The position numbers were made by a program, and so were the translations under genes. This document shows positions 1-12,869 of a DNA stretch of 64,000 nucleotides, piece after piece; position 1 is the first letter of the stretch; each line of letters opens with the position of its first letter. Source of the stretch: Polyangiaceae bacterium (GTDB lineage: Bacteria; Myxococcota_A; Polyangia; Polyangiales; Polyangiaceae); the NCBI GenBank assembly GCA_035063585.1, contig JAPSGB010000011.1, forward strand, positions 64,001-128,000. The letters run 5' to 3'. The notes under the pieces are model-generated. The model searched no databases, was not told the origin of the DNA, and saw only the letters and a list, made by a program, of their open reading frames with translations.

Positions 1-1196
1 GCGTCGCAGAGCTGGAGCGCGATGGGCTGGAGCTCGGCCGGGGCGAGCGGGCCCGAGCGTCGCAGGCGCGCCCCGAGCGGCTCGCCGTAGAGCCGCTCCA
101 TGACGAGGAAGCTGGTGCCGTCGTAGAGGTAGCCGTCGTCGTAGATCTCGACCACGTTCTCGTGCCACGCGAGGCCGAGCGCCGCGGCCTCGCGGCGCAG
201 GCGATCGGCGGCGATGGTGTCGTGCGCGACCGCCGTCCGCAGGAGCTTGATGGCCACCACCTCGCCGTCGCCGAGGCGCTCGGCCTCCCAGATGGCGCCG
301 CTCGCGCCGGCCCCGAGCGGCGCGCCGAGTCGGTACTGGCCGGCGATGACCGCGCCGGCCTCGAAGCTGGCGGCGCCGCGCTCGCGCGCCTCGCGGAGCG
401 CCGCCGAGCGCTCGAGGACCTCGATCCGGGTGGCCTGCGCGCGCGCCTGCGCGCGGCGCCGGCGCTCGAAGCCGAGCACGACGCCGGCCACGCCGCCGAG
501 CGCCGCGGCCGTGAGCGTCAAGGCCGCCGAGCGCGGCTCGCCCGCGTGCGCGGCGAGGGCGAGCGCCCCGCCGGCGGAGACCCCGACCGCGCCCCCGAGC
601 GCCGGGGCGAGCCAGAGCTCGCGGGCCCGCCAGCGGACCTCGTACTCGAGCACCGCGCCGCCCGAGCGGTCCGGATCGCCTGGCCGCGCTCGGACGCGCG
701 CGGGCGGGAGCCCGAACAGCAACGGCACGGCGGCGAGCTCCGCCTCGCGCGCGAGCGCGCAGAGACCATCGAGCTCGAAGCTCGGCTGCCGGAGGGTGAC
801 GTGTCCTCGCCAGCGGCCGGGCGCGCTCGCGTCGGTGCGCCAGCCGTCGGTGAGCGCGTCCTCGCCGCCGAGCGCCTCGAGCTGCTGGTAAGCGGCGAGC
901 GGCTCGGACGCGCCGCGCAGCACGCGGGACCAGACGCCGAGGTTGTCCGGGTGCACGAACCCGGGCAGGGTGGCGCGGATCGCCTCGCGGCCGAAGCGCG
1001 AGGCGAACGCCTCGAGCGCCGCGTGCCAGACCGAGATCGGCAGCGGGCGCGTCTCGTCGTCGAGGTAGACGCGGTCGAGCCGCACCTCGCGGAGCAGGGC
1101 GTCGGCGGCGGCGCGGCCGTGGACCGCCTGAGCGTGGAGCACGAGCGCCTTCAGCCGCGACGCGGTCGTGTTGCCGGTAGCGCCTCGCCGGAGCAC
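1..1196 (-). CDS. Membrane Ser/Thr protein kinase with N-terminal sensor-like domain (partial; runs off left edge)
   Basis: Manual translation (not in ORF track): GTG at 1196, upstream in-frame TAG at 1206-1208. Hydrophobic segments precede the Hanks kinase start YRLGAPLGAGASGAIW..VAIKLL..RREA..HENVVEIYD..FLVMERLYG. Confidence 0.9.
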   Translation of the reverse strand, partial: MLRRGATGNTTASRLKALVLHAQAVHGRAAADALLREVRLDRVYLDDETRPLPISVWHAALEAFASRFGREAIRATLPGFVHPDNLGVWSRVLRGASEPLAAYQQLEALGGEDALTDGWRTDASAPGRWRGHVTLRQPSFELDGLCALAREAELAAVPLLFGLPPARVRARPGDPDRSGGAVLEYEVRWRARELWLAPALGGAVGVSAGGALALAAHAGEPRSAALTLTAAALGGVAGVVLGFERRRRAQARAQATRIEVLERSAALREARERGAASFEAGAVIAGQYRLGAPLGAGASGAIWEAERLGDGEVVAIKLLRTAVAHDTIAADRLRREAAALGLAWHENVVEIYDDGYLYDGTSFLVMERLYGEPLGARLRRSGPLAPAELQPIALQLCD

Positions 1197-1250
1197 GCCG
1201 CGAGCCTAGCATCATCGGCGAGGCGGGATGACGCCTGCTAGGGTCGCCCG
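1197..1250. promoter_or_regulatory. Back-to-back extended -10 promoters, probably leaderless
   Basis: TGCTAGGCT (minus, 1211-1203) and TGCTAGGGT (plus, 1236-1244) each lie 6 nt before a GTG start, with no SD. Confidence 0.55.
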
Positions 1251-3734
1251 GTGCCGTCCCTCTTCGAGCCGCTCGGCGACTGGCTCGCCCGCGTCGAGCT
1301 CCTCGCGCGCGGCGCCGAGCAAGCGCGCGCTCGCGCCGCTCGCGCCCTCGCCGAGGGCCGCCCGGCCCAGGCGCGGAGCCTGGCGCTCGGGCTGCTCGAC
1401 GAGCTGCCGCGCTCGCGGGTGGCGCTCTTGCTCTGGGCGGACGCGGCGGAGGCGATGATGCTCGACGCAGAGAGCGCGGAGGCGAGCGAGCGGCTCGCCC
1501 GCGCGCTGCCCGAGCGGGCGGACGCCTGGCTCCGCCTCGCGCTCGCCCGCGCCCGAGCCGGGCTCGGGCCCGAGGCCGCGCTGCTCGCCGCGGCGGAGGC
1601 CGGTGAGCCGCTCCGAGCGGCCGACTCGGCGCGCCTCCGGCTCGCGGAGCTCGACCTCGCGCGCGGCGACCCGGCGCGCGCGGAGCGCTGGCTCGCGCAG
1701 CTCGGGCTCGCCGAACGCGGCGGCCCCGAGGCGGCGCTCCGGCGCGCCGAGGCGCGGCTCGACCGCGGGGATCTCGAGGAGGCGCGCCGGCTCGTCGCCA
1801 CGCTGCCGGCTCCCGAGGCGCTCGACGGTCGCCGCGCGCTCGTCGAGGCGCGGCTCTCTGCGGCGGCAGGGGACGAGCGCGGCGCCGCGCGCTCGCTCGT
1901 GCGCGCGCTCCTGCTCGACGCGCCGCGCGCGAGCCGGTACGCGGCGGAGCTCATCGCGCGCGCTCGGGACCGCGCGGCGGTGGAGTCGCTCTCCGCCGTC
2001 GGCGCGGCGCTCGGGTACGCCGCGCAGCCGTCGTTTCGCGCCGCGGTGGCCGAGGCCGAGGGGCGCACGGCGGACGCGCTCGCCGCGCTCGCCGAGGGGG
2101 CGGGGGACCCGGAGCTCGCCGCGCGCTACCTCGCCGCCGCGCTCACGGCGCGTGACCCCGTGGCGCTCCGCGACGCGGTCGCGCGCGCGGTGGCCGCGGG
2201 CGTCCCGGTCGCGCCCGGGATCGCGGCGCTGCTCGCGTCGCTCGACGCGGCCCTGCCGGAGGCGCGGCTCGCCGCCCTCGACGCCGCCGACGGCCCCGCG
2301 ACCGACTGGGCGGCCGCGCTCCGCGTCGAGGCGTACGCCGCGCTCGCGCCGGAGGGCGAGCCGGCGGCGTGGCGCGAGCTGCTCGCGGAGCTCGGGCGGC
2401 TCGCGCGGGCGCTCGGCGAGCTCGGCGCGCTCGGCGACGTCGAGGCGCTCGCCGTCGATCTCGAGCGGCCGCTCCGCGCGGCGGTGGTGGGTGAGTTCAA
2501 CGCCGGGAAATCGACCTTCATCAACGCGCTGCTCGGGGAGGCGGTGGCGCCGGTCGGTGTGCTCCCGACCACCGCCACCCGCAACCACCTGGTGTGGGCG
2601 CCGGACCGCTTCGTGCGCGTCGAGCTCGTCGAGGGCGGCGAAGCGCGGGTGGTCTCGCACGGCGCGCTCGGCGCGACCCTCGTGAGCCTCGGCCCAGCGC
2701 TCATCGACCGGGTGACCATCTACGCCCCGCTCGAGCTCCTGCGCCGGGTCGAGCTCATCGACACGCCGGGCTTCAACGCGCCCGATCGCCGCCACGCGGC
2801 GGTGACCCGCACGGTGTTCGACGACGTGCACGTGGTCATCTGGCTGCTCGACGCCACGCAGCCGCTGAAGGCGAGCGAGCGCGAGGTGCTCGGCGAGCTC
2901 GCCCGGCGCGAGCTGCCGCTGCTCGTGCTGCTGAGCAAGCTCGATCGGCTGGGCGGCGCGGAGGAGCTCGCCGCCGCCCTCCGCCACGTCGAGCAAGGGC
3001 TCGCGGCCGCGGGCGTCCGGGTCGAGGCGCCGCCCATCGCGTTCTCGGCCCGGCTCGCGCTCGAGGGCGGAGCTGACGCGGCCGCGCGCGAGCGCTCGGG
3101 CTGGCCCGCCGTCGAGCGCCTGGTCGAGCGCGTGCTCTTCGACGACGCGGCGCGCCTGCGCGAGCGGGTAGCTCGGCGGCGCGCGGCGACGCTCGCCGCG
3201 GCGCTCGCCCGCGTCGCGACGGAGCGCGCGGCCGAGCGCGAGCGCGGCGCGGACGAGGAGGACGCGCGCCGGGCGCGCTGCCGGGCCGTGGCGCACGACG
3301 CGCGCGCCCGCGGCGGCGAGCTCGCCGAGGGGCTCGGCCGCGTCATCGACGAGGCCATGGCGGAGCTCGCGCGCGAGCTCCGCCCGGTCGCGGGTGGCGC
3401 CGCCGAAGACGACGCGGTGATGGACTTCGTCGCGTCGCGGCTCCGAGGCCGGCTCGCGCGCGCAGCGGCGGACGAGCTCGGTCGGGCGATCCCGCCGAGC
3501 GAGCGCGAGGTGCTCGGCGCCGCCCTCGAGCCCCGCCTGGCGGCGATGGCGGCCGCGCTCGCGCCCTGGCTCCACGGCGGTGGCGCCGCGGGCGCGCTCG
3601 CGCGCCGGAGGCTCGCGCGAGAGGCCGTGCGCGAGCTCGAGCGGGTGGCGGCCGGGAGGTTCCGGGAGGTCGCTCGGCCGGCTGCGCCACCGGCCGAGCG
3701 ACGCGCCCTCGCCCTCGTCCGGGCGCTCGGCTGA
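1251..3734 (+). CDS. Dynamin-family GTPase with N-terminal TPR-like helical region
   Basis: G1 GEFNAGKS, G2 LPTT, G3 DTPG, G4 SKLD; Ala/Leu-rich helical N-terminus. Confidence 0.85.
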   Translation: MPSLFEPLGDWLARVELLARGAEQARARAARALAEGRPAQARSLALGLLDELPRSRVALLLWADAAEAMMLDAESAEASERLARALPERADAWLRLALARARAGLGPEAALLAAAEAGEPLRAADSARLRLAELDLARGDPARAERWLAQLGLAERGGPEAALRRAEARLDRGDLEEARRLVATLPAPEALDGRRALVEARLSAAAGDERGAARSLVRALLLDAPRASRYAAELIARARDRAAVESLSAVGAALGYAAQPSFRAAVAEAEGRTADALAALAEGAGDPELAARYLAAALTARDPVALRDAVARAVAAGVPVAPGIAALLASLDAALPEARLAALDAADGPATDWAAALRVEAYAALAPEGEPAAWRELLAELGRLARALGELGALGDVEALAVDLERPLRAAVVGEFNAGKSTFINALLGEAVAPVGVLPTTATRNHLVWAPDRFVRVELVEGGEARVVSHGALGATLVSLGPALIDRVTIYAPLELLRRVELIDTPGFNAPDRRHAAVTRTVFDDVHVVIWLLDATQPLKASEREVLGELARRELPLLVLLSKLDRLGGAEELAAALRHVEQGLAAAGVRVEAPPIAFSARLALEGGADAAARERSGWPAVERLVERVLFDDAARLRERVARRRAATLAAALARVATERAAERERGADEEDARRARCRAVAHDARARGGELAEGLGRVIDEAMAELARELRPVAGGAAEDDAVMDFVASRLRGRLARAAADELGRAIPPSEREVLGAALEPRLAAMAAALAPWLHGGGAAGALARRRLAREAVRELERVAAGRFREVARPAAPPAERRALALVRALG

Positions 3735-3807
3735 CGCCCGTCATGGCGGGCTTTTCCGCGCCGAACCGGCATCTCCCTCTCCGCGGGCACCCTTCTTGCT
3801 GGAGGGG

Positions 3808-3816
3808 TGTTACACT
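3808..3816 (+). promoter_or_regulatory. Extended -10 promoter for the rpoN operon
   Basis: TGtTACACT about 60 nt upstream of the rpoN ATG. Confidence 0.5.
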
Positions 3817-3875
3817 CTGGGGCGCGGGACGGCGGTCCGTGGGGGACCCCGAGGCTACGGACCCGCGCCGAGACC

Positions 3876-5375
<1,500 letters not shown>

Positions 5376-5536
5376 CCATTCCCGCGCGAAGCGCGCGAAA
5401 GTTGGGGTATCCTGCCCGGAGTGGGTCATCCGACCTCGGGAAGCCATCCGCCTCGACGCCGCGCGCGACCCCGCGCGGCGTGCGCGGAGCGTCCCGGCGT
5501 TCGAGAGACCCACGGCGCCCCTTGTCAGGAGGTCCA

Positions 5537-5929
5537 ATGAACATCAGCGTCACGTTCCGCCAAATGGAGCCGAGTGAGGCCATCAAGGCCTATGCGCGCG
5601 AGAAGGTCTCCCGGCTGCAGAAATTCCTGCGCGAGCCGATGACCGCCAAGATCACCCTCTCGCTCGACAAACTCGTGCACCAGGCGGAGACGCGCATCTC
5701 GAGCGGCAGCGCCCGACTCGACGCCAGGGAGTCGAGCGACGACATGTACGCGTCGATCGACAAGATGGTCGACAAGCTCGAGCGGCAGATCCGCGTCACC
5801 AAGGGCGCGGCGCAGGCGAAGAAGCGGCGCAGCGGCGAGACGGTGCGCGAGCCCGGTGCCGCCAAGAGCGCCGCGCGGCCGGCGAAGCAGGCCGCGCGCG
5901 CGCGGGCCCCCTCCAAGACGCGCGGATGA
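5537..5929 (+). CDS. hpf: Ribosome hibernation promoting factor (short HPF/RaiA)
   Basis: SD AGGAGG; MNISVTFRQM..DMYASIDKMVDKLERQI; follows rpoN. Confidence 0.93.
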   Translation: MNISVTFRQMEPSEAIKAYAREKVSRLQKFLREPMTAKITLSLDKLVHQAETRISSGSARLDARESSDDMYASIDKMVDKLERQIRVTKGAAQAKKRRSGETVREPGAAKSAARPAKQAARARAPSKTRG

Positions 5930-6438
5930 CGATGAGCGACGTCAGCGGAGGTCGCCCGGACCTCTCCATGCGGCTCTCGGACATCGTCTCCGTCGACCGG
6001 ATCCTGGTCGACGCCGATGGGAGTCGGATCCGCGACAAGGCCGACGCGCTCCATTGGCTCTCGTCGCTGCTCGCTCCGGCGATCGGCGCGACCGAGGAGA
6101 GCATCCTCAGGCTCCTCCTCGATCGCGAGCGGCTGCAGAGCACCGGCATCGGCGACGGCGTCGCGATCCCGCACACCGCGGTGGACGCCGCGCCGGGCCA
6201 GGCGGGCGCGCTGCTCTTGTGTCCGGTCGGGGTCCCCTTCGAGGCCATCGACGGAGTCAACGTGAGCATCGTCTTCGGCGTGGTCGGGCCCAAACGCGCG
6301 ACCGGGGAGCACCTGCGGACGCTCGCTCGCATCTCGCGGCTGCTCCGCGATCCCGCCACCCGCTCTCGGCTGGTCGGCTCGGCCTCCGCCGAGGCCGCCT
6401 ACGCGCTCATTCACGCTCAGGACACGCTCGCTCCGTAG
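5926..6438 (+). CDS. ptsN: PTS EIIA nitrogen-regulatory protein
   Basis: RERLQSTGIGDGVAIPH motif; rpoN operon position; exact start uncertain. Confidence 0.9.
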   Translation: MTMSDVSGGRPDLSMRLSDIVSVDRILVDADGSRIRDKADALHWLSSLLAPAIGATEESILRLLLDRERLQSTGIGDGVAIPHTAVDAAPGQAGALLLCPVGVPFEAIDGVNVSIVFGVVGPKRATGEHLRTLARISRLLRDPATRSRLVGSASAEAAYALIHAQDTLAP

Positions 6439-6456
6439 AGCGCGTCGAGGCGGCCC

Positions 6457-7514
<1,058 letters not shown>

Positions 7515-7518
<4 letters not shown>

Positions 7519-8486
7519 GCGAGCCGCGCACCTTGGTGGTCGTGGTGACCGGCCTGAGCGGCGCGGGAAAGTCGACCGCGCTGCACGCGCTAGAGGATCT
7601 CGGGTTCTTCTGCATCGACAACCTGCCGACCGCGGTGGCGCTGCCTACCCTCGAGGCGTGCGAGCAGGGCGGCGTCGCGCGGGTCGCCCTCGGGCTCGAC
7701 GTGCGCGTGCGCGCCTTCTTCGAGCACGTCGGGGAGGTGATGGACGCGGTCCGCGCGGGGGGGCGGCGAGAGCTCGCGGTGCTCTTCCTCGACGCTTCGG
7801 ACGAGGCCCTGCTCAGGCGCTTCAGCAGCACCCGCCGGCCCCACCCGCTCTCGACCGCCGCCACCGCCGGCAGCGAGCGCGCCGCCCCCGCGGTGCTCGA
7901 TGGGATCCGCATCGAGCGCGAGCGGCTCGCGTCGCTCCGCGCCCGCGCCACCATCGTCATCGACACGACTCGCCTCGACGTGCACGGGCTGCGCCGTCGG
8001 ATCATCGAGGAGCTCGGGCCTGGCGCGGGCGCGAGGCCGCGCTTCCGCCCGCGGGTGGTGTCGTTCGGGTTCAAGTACGGCGCGCCGGTGGACGCCGATC
8101 TCGTGCTCGACGTGCGGTTTCTCAGGAATCCCTATTTCGTCGAGGCGCTGAAGGAGCGGCCGGGCACCGAGGCCGAGGTGCGTGATTACGTCCTCGGCGA
8201 TCCGGACTCGACGGGCTTCCTCGACCGAGCGGGCGCGCTGCTCGTGTTCTCGGTGCCTCGCTACGAGCGCGAGGGGAAGAGCTACCTCACCATCGCGGTC
8301 GGCTGCACCGGTGGGCGCCATCGCTCGGTGGTGATCGCCGAGCTCCTCGCCGAGCGGCTCGCCGGGGAGCTCGGGCTCGAGGTCGAGGTCGTGCATCGAG
8401 ATGTCGACCGGGCTACCCTGGAGGACCGTCACTCCGAGCCCGAGCTCATCGGCGGCGGACCCCGTGACGGAGGGAGGACAGCGTGA
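7515..8486 (+). CDS. rapZ: RNase adapter / P-loop protein RapZ (YhbJ/YvcJ)
   Basis: VTGLSGAGKS..DNLP, SFGFKYG, DVRFLRNPY, GCTGGRHRSV; ATGA overlap with hprK. Confidence 0.95.
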
Positions 8487-8758
8487 CCACGGCCAGAGGG
8501 AGCTTCGTCGTCTGCAACCGCCTCGGGCTGCACGCGCGCGCGGCGAGCAAGCTGGTTCAGCTCGCCTCGTCGTTCCCGTGCGAGATCGTCGTGAGCCGAG
8601 AGGGCCAGGCCGCCAACGCCAAGAGCGTCATGGGTGTGCTCCTGCTCTGCGGGTCGATGGGCACGACGCTCGACGTCGAGGCCATCGGGCCGGACGCGGA
8701 GCTCGCCGTCAGGCGTATCGGCGAGCTCATCCAGGACCGCTTCGGGGAAGGTGAGTAG
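8483..8758 (+). CDS. ptsH: Phosphocarrier protein HPr/NPr
   Basis: GLHARAA (His15) and NAKSVMG (Ser46) motifs. Confidence 0.93.
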   Translation: MTTARGSFVVCNRLGLHARAASKLVQLASSFPCEIVVSREGQAANAKSVMGVLLLCGSMGTTLDVEAIGPDAELAVRRIGELIQDRFGEGE

Positions 8759-10583
8759 CGGGGTGGCCGGCGAGGACGGCTCGAGCCCAATCGCGCGGTC
8801 GAGCTCGGCCGCGCGACCGCGCGGCGTGGAGCTCGACGGCATCGCGGGTTCGGCAGGCGTGGCCGTCGGTCGCGCGGTGGTCATCGACGCCCCCGAGTCG
8901 TCGGTGGTGCGCCGTCGCATCACCGAGCAGCAGGGCGAGGAAGAGCTCGAGCGATTTCAGCGCGCGGTGACGAGCGCGAGCCGGGCGCTGCGCGAGGTGG
9001 CCGAGCGGATCCGCGAGAGCGCTACTCGGGCCGAGTCGTCGATCGTCGAGGCGTACATCCTGATGCTCGAGGACGAGACCCTGCGCGACGCGGTCGAGCG
9101 CCGCATCTTGGGCGAGTGCCAGTGCGTCGAGTGGGCGGTCGACGGCGCGGTGCGCGCGATGGCCGAGCAACTCCGCGCCGCGCACGATCCTTACCTCGCC
9201 GAGCGGAGCCACGATTTCGAGTTCATCGGCGATCGCATCCTGCGCCAGCTCGGCGGCCGCCAGCGGACGCTCTCGCTCGTGGATCTCGAAGAGCCCGGCA
9301 TCCTGGTCGCCCACGATCTCTCGCCGGCCGAGACCGCGGGGCTCCATCGCGAGCGAGTCGCGGCGATGGTGATGGAGGTCGGCACGCGGACCAGCCATAC
9401 GGCGATCCTCGCTCGCGCGCTCGAGATCCCGGCGGTGGTCGGGGTGAGGGAGCTGCTCACCCAGGTGGCGACCGGTGATCGCCTGCTCGTGGATGCGCTC
9501 CGGGGGCGCGTGATCGTCGAGCCGACCGACGAGCAGATCGCCGCCGCGACCGCGCGCGCCGAACGCTACCGCGCCGTCGCCGAGCGCTCCCGCGTGCTCC
9601 AGCGTCCCGCCGCGACGCGCTGCGGGGTGAGGGTCGCGCTCCGCGGGAACGTGGAGCTGCCCGCCGAGGCCGGCATCGCCTCCGCGCTCGGGGCAGAGGG
9701 GATCGGGCTTTATCGTACCGAATTCCTCTACGTCGATCGCGCCGAGCCGCCCGACGAGGAGGCGCAGTTCGAGACCTACCGGCGGGTCCTGCAGGTCATG
9801 TCGCCCATGCCGGTGACGCTCCGCACGTTCGACATCGGCGGGGACAAGTACGTCTCGGCCTTCCAGGCCCCGGCCGAGATGAACCCGGCGCTCGGCCTGC
9901 GGGCCGTGCGGCTCGGGCTCGCGCGTCCCGAGCTCTTCCTCACCCAGCTCCGCGCCATGGTGCGTGCGTCGGCCTATGGCTCCCTCGCGATCATGGTCCC
10001 CATGATCGCGAGCGTACGCGAGCTGCGCGAGGTGCGGAGTCTGCTCGAGCGGGCCCGTCGCGAGGTGGACGCGGCTGGGCACCCGAGCGCGCGGGAGATC
10101 CCGCTGGGCGTCATGATCGAGGTCCCCTCGGCGGCGGTGATGGCTGCGGAGCTCGCGCGGGAAGCCGCCTTCATGAGCATCGGCACCAACGATCTGGTCC
10201 AGTACGCCCTCGCGGTGGATCGGACCAGCCGCGAGCTCGCGTACCTGGCGACGCCGTTCGATCCGGCGATTTTGCGGCTCATCCACGGGGTCGTCGCGGC
10301 GGGGCGGCTCCACGACCGACCCGTCTCGGTGTGCGGCGCGATGGCGAGCGATCCGCTGGCGGCCGTGCTCTTGGTCGGGATGGGGCTGCGAGAGCTCAGC
10401 ATGGAGGCGTCGGCCATCCCCGGCATCAAGGAGGCCCTCGGCCGGGTGACGCTGGCCGAGGCCGAGGCCGTCGTCGCCGCGGCACGCGCGCTCGTCACGG
10501 CGGAGGAGATCGAGGCGCTCGTCATCGAGCGGCTCGGGCCGCTCCTGTCCGATCTGCTCGAGCTCGACGCCGCCGGCTCCTGA
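8751..10583 (+). CDS. ptsI: PEP-protein phosphotransferase (PTS enzyme I)
   Basis: TSHTAILAR phospho-His motif, GIGLYRTEF, NPALGLRA, SIGTNDLVQY; no GAF domain; start approximate. Confidence 0.95.
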   Translation: MSSGVAGEDGSSPIARSSSAARPRGVELDGIAGSAGVAVGRAVVIDAPESSVVRRRITEQQGEEELERFQRAVTSASRALREVAERIRESATRAESSIVEAYILMLEDETLRDAVERRILGECQCVEWAVDGAVRAMAEQLRAAHDPYLAERSHDFEFIGDRILRQLGGRQRTLSLVDLEEPGILVAHDLSPAETAGLHRERVAAMVMEVGTRTSHTAILARALEIPAVVGVRELLTQVATGDRLLVDALRGRVIVEPTDEQIAAATARAERYRAVAERSRVLQRPAATRCGVRVALRGNVELPAEAGIASALGAEGIGLYRTEFLYVDRAEPPDEEAQFETYRRVLQVMSPMPVTLRTFDIGGDKYVSAFQAPAEMNPALGLRAVRLGLARPELFLTQLRAMVRASAYGSLAIMVPMIASVRELREVRSLLERARREVDAAGHPSAREIPLGVMIEVPSAAVMAAELAREAAFMSIGTNDLVQYALAVDRTSRELAYLATPFDPAILRLIHGVVAAGRLHDRPVSVCGAMASDPLAAVLLVGMGLRELSMEASAIPGIKEALGRVTLAEAEAVVAAARALVTAEEIEALVIERLGPLLSDLLELDAAGS

Positions 10584-10643
10584 GCGCGGCGCGCGCCCCG
10601 GGAGCGCGCTCCGCCCTTTACCGGACGCCGCGTCTCGCGCTAG

Positions 10644-12869
10644 ATGAAGCGGAGCATGTTCCGGCGCATCGTCGCGGCCGTGGTGCCCGCCTTGGCGGTG
10701 GCCGCATCGATCCTGGGGCTCCCGGGCTGCCCCGAGGCGCCGCCCGCCGATCCGCGCCTGCGCGGACAGGTGAAGCTCACGCTCCTCCACACCGCGGACA
10801 TGCACTCGCGGCTCCTGCCGTACCAGATGCTCATTTCGCAGTCCGACGCCGCGCTCGGCCTCGGCGCGGCGGGCTCGATCGCCACGGTGGGCGGCGCGGC
10901 GCGCGTCGCTTACGTGCTCGACCGCGAGCGGGCGCGGGCGGACCGCGTGCTCCACATCGACGGCGGAGACTGCTTCCAGGGCGCGCCGATCTTCAACTTC
11001 TTCAGCGGCGAGGCGGAGGTCCGCGCGATGAGCTTGATGGGGACGGACGCTCAGGTCATCGCCAACCACGAGTTCGATCAGGGCGCGCTGAACGTCCGCA
11101 TCCAGGATCAGAAGTGGGCGACCTTCCCCGTCCTCGCGGCCAACTACAAGCTCGAGGACGGCGCGGTGCTCGGCCAGCCCGGGCTCGACACCGTGCTCCG
11201 GCCCTTCACCATCATCAACACCCGCGGGCTCAAGGTCGGCGTCATCGGTATGGCCAACCTCTCGAGCCTCACCTCGCTCTTCGAGCGGCCGAGCCGGCTC
11301 GGGGTGACCCCGCTCGACACCATCGACACCGCGCAGGCGTACACCGACCTGCTTCGCCCGCTGGTCGATCTGGTGGTCGTGGTCAGCCACCTCGGGCTCT
11401 CCGCCGACGAGGCGATGATCGCCGGGACGACCGGGATCGACGTGGTCCTCGGCGGCCACAACCACATCGTCTTGCAGCCGCCGAAGGAGGTGAGCGACTG
11501 CGCGCTCACCGACGACGAGGGGCGCCACTACATCGCGCTCCGCGACGCGGACGGCCGCCCGTCGCGCCGCTACTGCCAGCCGCGCCCGGCGATTCTCGCG
11601 CACTCGGGCGCGTTCGCGAAGTACGTCGGGCGCCTCGACGTGGTGGCGAGCAACGACCCGGCGGATCTCCCGCCGCGCTGCGCCTCGGGCAGCAGCGGGC
11701 GCTGCTACGACCCGCTCGACGGCTTCGAGATCATCGGCCACTCCTACCAGCTCTTTCCGATCACCGAGGACGTCCCCGAGGACCGCGCGCTCACCGAGCT
11801 CCTCGAGCCGTACGTCAACCAGATGGATCAGCTCGTCGATCTCGATCTCGTGGTCGGCTACGCGCCGGACGGCTCGCGCCGCTTCGGAACCTCGGGCGGA
11901 GACTCCCCGCTCGGCAACATGATCGCGACCGCCATGCGACAGCGGCTCGGAGTGCAGACGGACTTCTCGCTCACCAACACGACGGGTATCCGCACCGACA
12001 TGGTGCCGGGGCCGGTCACCATCGAGGAGGCGTTCAACATCTTCCCGTTCGACAACTCGATCTCGAAGATGCAGCTCTCGGGCGACGAGGTCCTCCAGAT
12101 GTTCGACTTCGTCGCGCGGCGCTCGGCCGGGCGCGGCTGCGTGAGCCAGGTGCAAATCGCCGGCGCGCGGGTGGTCCTGAACTGCGCCGGCTGCGCGCGC
12201 GCGAATGGCGAGCCTTGCGCCGAGCACGTCTACATCGGCACCACGAGCCACCCCTGCAGCTCGGATGCCGACTGCGCGAACCAGCGGAACGCATGCGATC
12301 TCGGCGCTCGCGACGCCAGCGGCCAGGGGCGCTGCCTCGCGGAGATCAGCCCGACTGCGTCTTATGAGCTCGCCACCAGCAATTACCTCGCCGGCGGCGG
12401 CAGCGGCTTCACCATGCTGAAGCGCAACACCACCCAGTTCGACACCCGCATCCAGCAGCGCGACGCCCTGGTCGACTGGATCCGCGCCGGTAAGCCCTGC
12501 GGCTGGTCGGCGGAGACGAAGACGCCCGACGGCCTGACCGCGTGCAGCACCGACGCCGACTGCGCCCGGGTGGGGACGGGCTACGCCTGCGCCTGCGCGC
12601 AAAATGCGAGCGAAGACGCCTCGGGCGCGTGCCGCTCCGGCAAGAGCTGCGAAGGTGGCGGGCGCTGCGTGCTCGCCGCCTGCCGGCAAGACGTCGCAGA
12701 CTTCCATCGCCGGCGCTGCGCCGATCCGAGGAGCGCCAAGAACCTCGCCGCGTGCACCACGCGCGCGCCCGCGTGCGAGCTCGGCGGCGAGCAGTGCAAG
12801 TACCTCGCCTGCGTCGGCCGCGACGCCGGCAATTTCTCGGACGATCGCATCCTGACGGTGGGGCAGTGA
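10644..12869 (+). CDS. Bifunctional metallophosphatase/5'-nucleotidase lipoprotein with Cys-rich insertions and tail
   Basis: Lipobox LPGC; HTADMH, DGGDCFQG, NHEFD, SHLG, GGHNH; C-terminal domain GIR..IFPFDN..NYLAGGG. Confidence 0.9.
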   Translation: MKRSMFRRIVAAVVPALAVAASILGLPGCPEAPPADPRLRGQVKLTLLHTADMHSRLLPYQMLISQSDAALGLGAAGSIATVGGAARVAYVLDRERARADRVLHIDGGDCFQGAPIFNFFSGEAEVRAMSLMGTDAQVIANHEFDQGALNVRIQDQKWATFPVLAANYKLEDGAVLGQPGLDTVLRPFTIINTRGLKVGVIGMANLSSLTSLFERPSRLGVTPLDTIDTAQAYTDLLRPLVDLVVVVSHLGLSADEAMIAGTTGIDVVLGGHNHIVLQPPKEVSDCALTDDEGRHYIALRDADGRPSRRYCQPRPAILAHSGAFAKYVGRLDVVASNDPADLPPRCASGSSGRCYDPLDGFEIIGHSYQLFPITEDVPEDRALTELLEPYVNQMDQLVDLDLVVGYAPDGSRRFGTSGGDSPLGNMIATAMRQRLGVQTDFSLTNTTGIRTDMVPGPVTIEEAFNIFPFDNSISKMQLSGDEVLQMFDFVARRSAGRGCVSQVQIAGARVVLNCAGCARANGEPCAEHVYIGTTSHPCSSDADCANQRNACDLGARDASGQGRCLAEISPTASYELATSNYLAGGGSGFTMLKRNTTQFDTRIQQRDALVDWIRAGKPCGWSAETKTPDGLTACSTDADCARVGTGYACACAQNASEDASGACRSGKSCEGGGRCVLAACRQDVADFHRRRCADPRSAKNLAACTTRAPACELGGEQCKYLACVGRDAGNFSDDRILTVGQ

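Noticed and set aside
162..1241. Plus-strand ORFs at the window start
   Set aside because: The real gene is the minus-strand kinase, which the track missed because it runs off the edge.
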